Source: an uncultured Myxococcales bacterium
Lineage (GTDB): Bacteria > Myxococcota_A > Polyangia > HGW-17 > SLPX01
DNA length: 54,166 nucleotides
Assembly (NCBI GenBank): GCA_964539505.1
Contig: CAZIJS010000006.1
Location: forward strand, 1 to 54,166
Direction of reading: 5' to 3'
Part shown: positions 48,749 through 54,166 of the stretch, piece by piece
How positions within the stretch are numbered: position 1 is the stretch's first letter
Layout of the letters: the number at the start of each line of letters is the position of its first letter
Notes under the pieces: generated by a model
The model's input: only the letters and a program-made list of their open reading frames with translations
Databases searched by the model: none
What the model was told of the DNA's origin: nothing
Program-made: the position numbers and the translations under genes

Positions 48749-48948
48749 CGATCCCTTGTCTGGCAGTTCGTTCGATCGGTCTCCAGGCACCCTTCCGACC
48801 TCCCGGGGGCAAAATCCCTGTTGTGAAGATGAGCACCAACTCTCGATGCCAAAGAAACCTACCACCCAGACTCTCTCTTTACAAGAAATGGAGGCCATGG
48901 CAAAGATAGCCGCCGGGAGCATATGACCAAACCCCCAAGGAGGCCGCC

Positions 48949-50169
48949 ATGCACAATCCCGAAAGAGCCATGACCCAGACCAAGAGGGAATTTGGAGAAC
49001 ACGGAGGCGTCTGCGCATCCATCGAGCGATCCGCCACCTTCACGGTCCTCGATCCCAAGGAGATGCCGGAAATCTTCGCGGGCTTGCGAGGTCCTGAAAA
49101 GGGCGGTTGTTTTCTCTACAGCCGACATTTCAACCCCACGGTCGATGTCCTGGCCCGATACCTGGCGGCCATGGAAGGAACCGAGTTCGCGGTCTGCACC
49201 GCCAGTGGCATGGGAGCCATCTCCACCACTTTGCTCCAGGTCTGCGACGGGGGCGGCCACATCGTGTCCAGCGACACGATTTACGGAGGCGCCCATGCCT
49301 TGCTCGGAGAAATGTTTCCCAAGTTCGGCATCGAAACCACGTTCGTGGACCCCACGGACATCGATGCCGTCGAAAAGGCCATCCGGCCCGACACCAAACT
49401 CCTCTATACGGAGGTGATGGCCAACCCCACCCTCAAGATTGCAGACATCAGGGCCCTGGCAGACCTGGCCCACGCCAAGGGCCTGGTGCTCGTGGTGGAC
49501 AACACCTTCACCCCGGTCATGGTCTCGCCAGCCGACCTGGGCGCAGACATCGTGGTCTATTCCCTGACGAAATACATCAACGGCGCCAGCGACATCATCG
49601 GCGGAGCGATTTGCTGCTCGCGCGATTTTGGCTACCAGCTCATGGATCTCCACAACGGTCGGGTCATGCTCCTGGGACCCACCATGGATCCTCGGGCCGC
49701 CTTCGACGTGATCCAGCGCCTTCCCCACCTGCCCCTGCGCATGAAAGAACACAGCCGCAGGGCCATGGCCATTGCATCGAGACTCGAAGAAATCGGGGCG
49801 CCGGTGGTCTACCCCGGATTGAAGAGCCATCCGGGCCACGAGCTGCTTGCCTCCATGCTCAACGAGGACTACGGATTTGGCGGAATGCTCACCGTGGACT
49901 GCAAGACCACCGAGAAAGCCGACGAGTTTATGGCCTTCCTGCAAAACGAGGAGGACTTCGGCTACATCGCCGTGTCCCTGGGCTACTTCGACACACTCAT
50001 GTCCTGCTCCGGCTCCTCGACATCTTCTGAGATTCCCCCCGAAGACCAGGCCAGGATGGGCCTGTCACCTGGGCTGGTGCGTATGTCCATCGGCCTCACC
50101 GGAACCCTCGACGATCGCATCGCCCAGATCGAAAGAGCCGTCCGCAAACTCGGCCTGACCGCCGAGTGA
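48949..50169 (+). CDS. Cys/Met metabolism PLP-dependent enzyme (methionine gamma-lyase-like)
   Basis: YSRHFNPTV, ASGMGAI, DNTF, SLTKYING (PLP lysine), AVSLGYFDTL, GLVRMSIG. AAGGAGG RBS. Confidence 0.9.
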   Translation: MHNPERAMTQTKREFGEHGGVCASIERSATFTVLDPKEMPEIFAGLRGPEKGGCFLYSRHFNPTVDVLARYLAAMEGTEFAVCTASGMGAISTTLLQVCDGGGHIVSSDTIYGGAHALLGEMFPKFGIETTFVDPTDIDAVEKAIRPDTKLLYTEVMANPTLKIADIRALADLAHAKGLVLVVDNTFTPVMVSPADLGADIVVYSLTKYINGASDIIGGAICCSRDFGYQLMDLHNGRVMLLGPTMDPRAAFDVIQRLPHLPLRMKEHSRRAMAIASRLEEIGAPVVYPGLKSHPGHELLASMLNEDYGFGGMLTVDCKTTEKADEFMAFLQNEEDFGYIAVSLGYFDTLMSCSGSSTSSEIPPEDQARMGLSPGLVRMSIGLTGTLDDRIAQIERAVRKLGLTAE

Positions 50170-50300
50170 TCGTCATCTGCGACCAGCCGCGGGCCAGCGC
50201 CCAGGATCTCACGGCAATCAGCGTTCCGAAAGCCGTCACATCCAGTTGGTCCATGGTTTTGCCTTGCCTGCATCGGGCAGAATCGATACCCTTGAAAAAT

Positions 50301-50332
50301 AAGGCGGACGACACATCAGGTCCGCTTTCTTT
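50301..50332 (+). terminator. Possible intrinsic terminator downstream of the PLP enzyme
   Basis: GCGGAC-10 nt loop-GTCCGC followed by TTTCTTT. Confidence 0.4.
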
Positions 50333-50376
50333 GAAAAACGCAAAACAAAAGACAGAGCAGACCCGGTCCAAGAACC

Positions 50377-51693
50377 ATGCAAACCAGGAAGACGAATACA
50401 TACGAAGTCTTTCCGCCTTCTCCAGACGCCCCGGCCACAGAGCCGCCGAACCGTCCTGCCGGCGTCGTCCAGGAACCGGACCAACTCGATCCGTCTGCAC
50501 TCCCCGAACCGGATCGCACCCTCCTGTCTTCCTGTTGGGAACTGGCAACTCAATACAAAGACCGCGGGAGAGCCGGCGAATCCGTGGAGTATTTTCTGGT
50601 CGCTGCAGCGCTGTTCGAACGATCCGGCCAGGTCCCCAGGCGCATCTACGAACTCGTCCTGGAACTGGATCCGGACAATGCCCTGGCAGCATCCCGGCTC
50701 GATTCCGACGGCGTTTCGGGATCGCGTGCCGCACTCTTCATCCAGCACGTGCTCTCACGCCACGATCCCAGCCAGGTTCGCAAAGTCCTCCAGGACGAGC
50801 GGCAGCGCAACTGGGTGACCCCTCCCCGGGGCGCACAGCAAACCTGCCCGGACTGTGGGATGGGCATTCCCAATGGCCAGGATCGCTGCACATTTTGCGG
50901 GGCAAGTCTTGGCACCGGCTATAGGAAACGCGCCACGGCGGCCTACAGGATTCCAGGGAAAACCAGGACCCTGCCGGGCGGAGTCCCGCTGACGCCCCCC
51001 CCTGGACCAGCGAGGCAACCAGCCGAAATATCGGGCCGGGCTGACGCCGCCCCCGAGCCGGCAGCATTGCCACAGGCAGCGCAGTCCGGCCGGCAAGATA
51101 CGAAACCAGCCACTACCCGTCAGGGACTGGTTCGGATACTGGACCTGGAAGGGGGCCTGCTCACCGAGGGCCTGGTGGGCCAAGAGGGCTGCCTGGTAGG
51201 TTCAGCCCGGGGTGGTCTGGGCCAGGACCTCACAGGTATTCCACGAGAGGTCCTGCATATCTCGTTTTCGAACGACACTTTCACCTACGAGGTGACAAAC
51301 AGTGCTTCTGTGTACCAGGTGATCCAGGGATCGATGGGCCTGGAAGGGCCACGGATCGTGCAGGCCGGAAACCAGTTGTTCCGGTTCACGGGTCGAAACG
51401 GTCGGGTGGAGGTGGAACTCTTGTCCCAGGACGGCGACACCTCGACCATCTGCCGATTTGCAGGCCCCAGCATCACCATCGGCAGGACAGACAACGACTT
51501 GGACCTGCCCAACGACACCTACCTGGCGGATCATCACTTCCAGGTCACCATGGACCATGCAGGCGGGCTCACCATCACGGACCTGGACACGGACTCGGGC
51601 ACTTTCATCGCCCTGGACCGGCAGGGCACGTTGCCCCCTGACACAGTGGTCCGAATCCAAAATCTCTTCCTGGTCTTGACCCTTCCAAGTTGA
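50377..51693 (+). CDS. Zinc-ribbon and FHA domain protein
   Basis: TPR-like N-terminus (YELVLELDPDN), CPDC...CTFC, Pro-rich linker, FHA-like ITIGRTDND...HHF...DLDTDSGTFI. Confidence 0.75.
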   Translation: MQTRKTNTYEVFPPSPDAPATEPPNRPAGVVQEPDQLDPSALPEPDRTLLSSCWELATQYKDRGRAGESVEYFLVAAALFERSGQVPRRIYELVLELDPDNALAASRLDSDGVSGSRAALFIQHVLSRHDPSQVRKVLQDERQRNWVTPPRGAQQTCPDCGMGIPNGQDRCTFCGASLGTGYRKRATAAYRIPGKTRTLPGGVPLTPPPGPARQPAEISGRADAAPEPAALPQAAQSGRQDTKPATTRQGLVRILDLEGGLLTEGLVGQEGCLVGSARGGLGQDLTGIPREVLHISFSNDTFTYEVTNSASVYQVIQGSMGLEGPRIVQAGNQLFRFTGRNGRVEVELLSQDGDTSTICRFAGPSITIGRTDNDLDLPNDTYLADHHFQVTMDHAGGLTITDLDTDSGTFIALDRQGTLPPDTVVRIQNLFLVLTLPS

Positions 51694-52454
51694 TCGGTGG
51701 TCCCTTGGACAAGGCTTACGCTCCACAAAAGCTCATGGCCTCTTTTCTGGGTCTCCAGCCCTACGACAGGGTCCTGACCTTGCAACGAGCCCTGGCCGAG
51801 ACCATCCAACGAGGATTCTGCAACGAGACCATCCTGGCCCTGGAGCATGCAGCGGTCATTACCCTGGGCAAACGAGCCAACGTGAATAACATCACCGTCC
51901 CCAGGGCCTGGCTCGAACAAAAGGAAATCGCCGTTTGTCCCACGGAACGGGGGGGCGACGTGACCTATCACGGGCCGGGACAGCTCGTGGTCTATCCGAT
52001 TTTCCGTATCGGCCGGGCCGTCAAAGCACATGTGACCGCCTTGGCCCAGGCCACGGCCCAGACTTTGGACAGCCTGGGAATCGAGGCGGTCTGGAGCGAC
52101 CAGCGACCCGGACTCTGGGTGGGCAACGAAAAAATTGCGGCAGTGGGTGTAGCGGTCCAGGGAGGCGTGGCCTTCCACGGTCTGGCACTCAACGCCTCGG
52201 TGGACCTGTCTGCATTCGAGGCCATCGTGCCCTGCGGCCTGACTGACGCCGGGGTCACGTCCATCAAAAACATCCTGGGACACAGTCCGCCCTTGGAAAT
52301 GTTGGCCGAAGAACTCCTGGTCCGCCTCTCCTCGATCACAGGAAGGCCTGCCCCTACATTTTTTTCGCCGCCGCAACTTTTTTCATATTTTTCCTCACTG
52401 AAAACTCCACGTCTGCAGGCAATATCTCTGGATTTTCTCCAAGAGACGGCCTAG
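51690..52454 (+). CDS. lipB: Octanoyltransferase LipB
   Basis: LEHAAVITLG, RGGDVTYHGPGQLVVYPI, KIAAVG, HGLALN, IVPCGL. Confidence 0.95.
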   Translation: MIGGPLDKAYAPQKLMASFLGLQPYDRVLTLQRALAETIQRGFCNETILALEHAAVITLGKRANVNNITVPRAWLEQKEIAVCPTERGGDVTYHGPGQLVVYPIFRIGRAVKAHVTALAQATAQTLDSLGIEAVWSDQRPGLWVGNEKIAAVGVAVQGGVAFHGLALNASVDLSAFEAIVPCGLTDAGVTSIKNILGHSPPLEMLAEELLVRLSSITGRPAPTFFSPPQLFSYFSSLKTPRLQAISLDFLQETA

Positions 52455-52494
52455 CGACGCCCTGGCGACGCCCTAACGACGCCCTGGCTCTGCC
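52451..52494. repeat. 11-bp tandem repeat, 4 copies, upstream of pilX
   Basis: CTAGCGACGCC CTGGCGACGCC CTAACGACGCC CTGGCTCTGCC. Confidence 0.8.
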
Positions 52495-52510
52495 CGGATC
52501 GATTCTTGCT
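52495..52510 (+). promoter_or_regulatory. Putative sigma54 (-24/-12) promoter of the pilX cluster
   Basis: CGGATCGATTCTTGCT has GG-N10-GC spacing with TTGCT at -12, 47 nt upstream of the pilX start. Confidence 0.4.
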
Positions 52511-52557
52511 TAACAACTGAGCAAACATTGGATTTCTTCGATTCTGGAGGAAAGATC

Positions 52558-53166
52558 GTGCCACGTCCATTGCCACCCAACAAGGCCACCCAGCGACAAG
52601 AAGGGTTTTCGCTCCTGGTGGTGTTCCTCATTCTTTCGGTCATGGCGGCTGCCGCCATGGCGGTGCTCATGACCACCAGGACGGACATCAAGGTGGCGGG
52701 CCACGAAAGAGAACATGCCGTGGCATTCTACGCTGCCGAGGCTGCGCTGGCGTACGGCAAGGCCGAGTTGCTCCCGAAATGGAGCACGACACAAAAATGG
52801 ACCCCAGTCCTCAAGACGAGCAGCTACCGGGCGGGCGTCACCAGGGACTACCGATTCGGCGGCAACGGACTGCCCTCCATCCGCGCCACCTACACCTTCC
52901 GATTCGTCAACAACAGCGACGACCCCAGCGGAAAAGCCGACACTGACTCGGACGGCAGGGTGGTCATCGTGGGGATCGGCAGGGTCTACGACGCCGGCGG
53001 CAGGAAACTCACGGCCACGGTGACCCTCCAAAACGAGGTGGAATGGCACGTCCAGGCAGCAGGAGCCGGAGGCTACCAGGCCCAGCCCAACCAGGATGTC
53101 TCGGGCTCGGCCAGGAAACATCCCGACACGGCGGGGGTTCAAATGAACTCTTCGTCGTTCCTGTAG
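52558..53166 (+). CDS. pilX: Type IV pilus minor pilin PilX-like
   Basis: Prepilin cleavage site QEG|FSLLVVFLILSVM (no Glu5, as is typical of PilX), AFYAAEAAL motif. GTG 52558 after GGAGG. Confidence 0.8.
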   Translation: MPRPLPPNKATQRQEGFSLLVVFLILSVMAAAAMAVLMTTRTDIKVAGHEREHAVAFYAAEAALAYGKAELLPKWSTTQKWTPVLKTSSYRAGVTRDYRFGGNGLPSIRATYTFRFVNNSDDPSGKADTDSDGRVVIVGIGRVYDAGGRKLTATVTLQNEVEWHVQAAGAGGYQAQPNQDVSGSARKHPDTAGVQMNSSSFL

Positions 53167-53205
53167 GCAGAAATACCCACCCTCGAAGGTGGTGAGGAGA
53201 CAGCC

Positions 53206-53760
53206 ATGAAAAAAGTAGCCATCACAGTTCTCCTGGCAGCCGTGACATGGGTCCCCATGAAGGCCCAGGCCTACGATCGATACGCCCGGGGAAGGACCCT
53301 CTACTTTCGGCGCTGCGGCCCCTGTTTTAGCATGGGCTGGAAATGGGCACCCAAACCCCTGCCCAAGCCCCTGGACCTCACGAAGATGGCCAAGACATGG
53401 ACCCCGGCACAGGTTTGCACCTGGATGCGCGCAAACAAGAAGAAATTGGTGCCTCCCGGCTGCTACCCCGGACACATCAGTCAGCGTGAAAAGCTCGACA
53501 TTCTGTACTACGTCAAGCGCAAGACCGAAGGACCCATCCACAAACCCATTCTCAAGGCCATCTTCCGGAGGTACCGCCACAGGATTCATCTCAGGCACAC
53601 AACCCTGGCCAAGAGACGTTCTGCATTGCGCACTTATAAAAACATGAAAGAAATGCGGCGACTCCGGCGCCGCCGGACCAGACGGCATCCCAGGTGGAGC
53701 GGCAGCATCACGGCACCCACCCATGCTCCCACAGGAAAGACGAGGAGGTCGGCCAGATGA
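53206..53760 (+). CDS. Secreted cytochrome-c-fold protein, TfcP-like, with CxxCF instead of CxxCH
   Basis: Signal peptide AQA|, GRTLYFRRCGPCF, PLDLT, TWM, PPGC, ISQREKLDILYYV, basic C-terminal tail. Lies between pilX and a pilY1-like gene. Confidence 0.65.
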   Translation: MKKVAITVLLAAVTWVPMKAQAYDRYARGRTLYFRRCGPCFSMGWKWAPKPLPKPLDLTKMAKTWTPAQVCTWMRANKKKLVPPGCYPGHISQREKLDILYYVKRKTEGPIHKPILKAIFRRYRHRIHLRHTTLAKRRSALRTYKNMKEMRRLRRRRTRRHPRWSGSITAPTHAPTGKTRRSAR

Positions 53761-54166
53761 GACGCATCGTCAGCATGACCCTGGTCCTGTCGGCAATGGG
53801 ATGGCTCCTTGTTCCGGGCAGTTCCTTGGCTGCCAACCCCTATTGTTTCAACTACCTGGACCGAACAACCTACGACAGTGGTTTTTCCGACGGCGACTTC
53901 GATGCCCGCACGGACGTCAACATCGACAAGGGAAAGCTGGTGCTGGAAACCGACGACAAAAAGCTCGGAGACACCAACCGGATCATGGTGCGCACGCGCC
54001 AGGACATGAAAATTTACTACCTGTACGAATCAGCAGGCGGCAGCCACACCCTGGGCTGGTTCCTCTGGGACGACAACGTCAAGAAATATACCCTGCCCTC
54101 CGGCTGGAACTACACCACCACCACCTGCTCGTCGGACTCGGACTGCGATCCGGGCATGCGCTGTCT
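53757..54166 (+). CDS. Secreted PilY1-like/DUF4114-type adhesin, N-terminal part (runs off window edge)
   Basis: Not in the ORF track. ATG 53757 overlaps the previous stop (ATGA) and follows GAGGAGG. MRRIVSMTLVLSAMGWLLVPGSSLAANPYC...YLYESAGGSHTLGWFLW...CSSDSDCDPGMRC, open to the end. Confidence 0.65.
   Translation, partial: MRRIVSMTLVLSAMGWLLVPGSSLAANPYCFNYLDRTTYDSGFSDGDFDARTDVNIDKGKLVLETDDKKLGDTNRIMVRTRQDMKIYYLYESAGGSHTLGWFLWDDNVKKYTLPSGWNYTTTTCSSDSDCDPGMRC

Noticed and set aside
48749-48948. SAM riboswitch upstream of the methionine gamma-lyase-like gene
   Set aside because: No SAM-I/II consensus elements or terminator were recognisable.
52451-52494. CRISPR array (also considered for 689-727)
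   Set aside because: The units are 11-15 bp, directly adjacent, with no spacers and no cas genes.

Overview
A GC-rich bacterial chromosomal segment made mostly of housekeeping genes. It has several Myxococcota-like hallmarks: two MYXO-CTERM-type C-termini, a TIGR02266-like PilZ protein, a DigR-like REC-XRE regulator, a CdnL-type CarD protein, a membrane Ser/Thr kinase and a pilX-cytochrome c-pilY1 cluster. Recognisable genes are clpB (partial), htpX, lgt, fmt, rsmB, rpe, tRNA-Pro(CGG), selD, nadE, ubiX, recD2, dsbD, hpf, rpoN and lipB. I found no integrase, transposase, CRISPR array or rRNA. The main observations are: (1) a TfcP-like protein between pilX and a pilY1-like gene whose heme motif reads CxxCF rather than CxxCH; (2) selD with an in-frame UGA (selenocysteine) and a SECIS-like hairpin, which the ORF track splits in two; (3) two proteins that join histone-H1-like basic segments to Tudor-type, putatively RNA-polymerase-binding domains; (4) several pseudo-enzymes or pseudo-domains, including a Tat-lipoprotein PBP-fold protein lacking all three catalytic motifs. 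All assignments come from reading motifs by eye with no database search. Many starts were moved from the ORF track to better RBS-supported codons.
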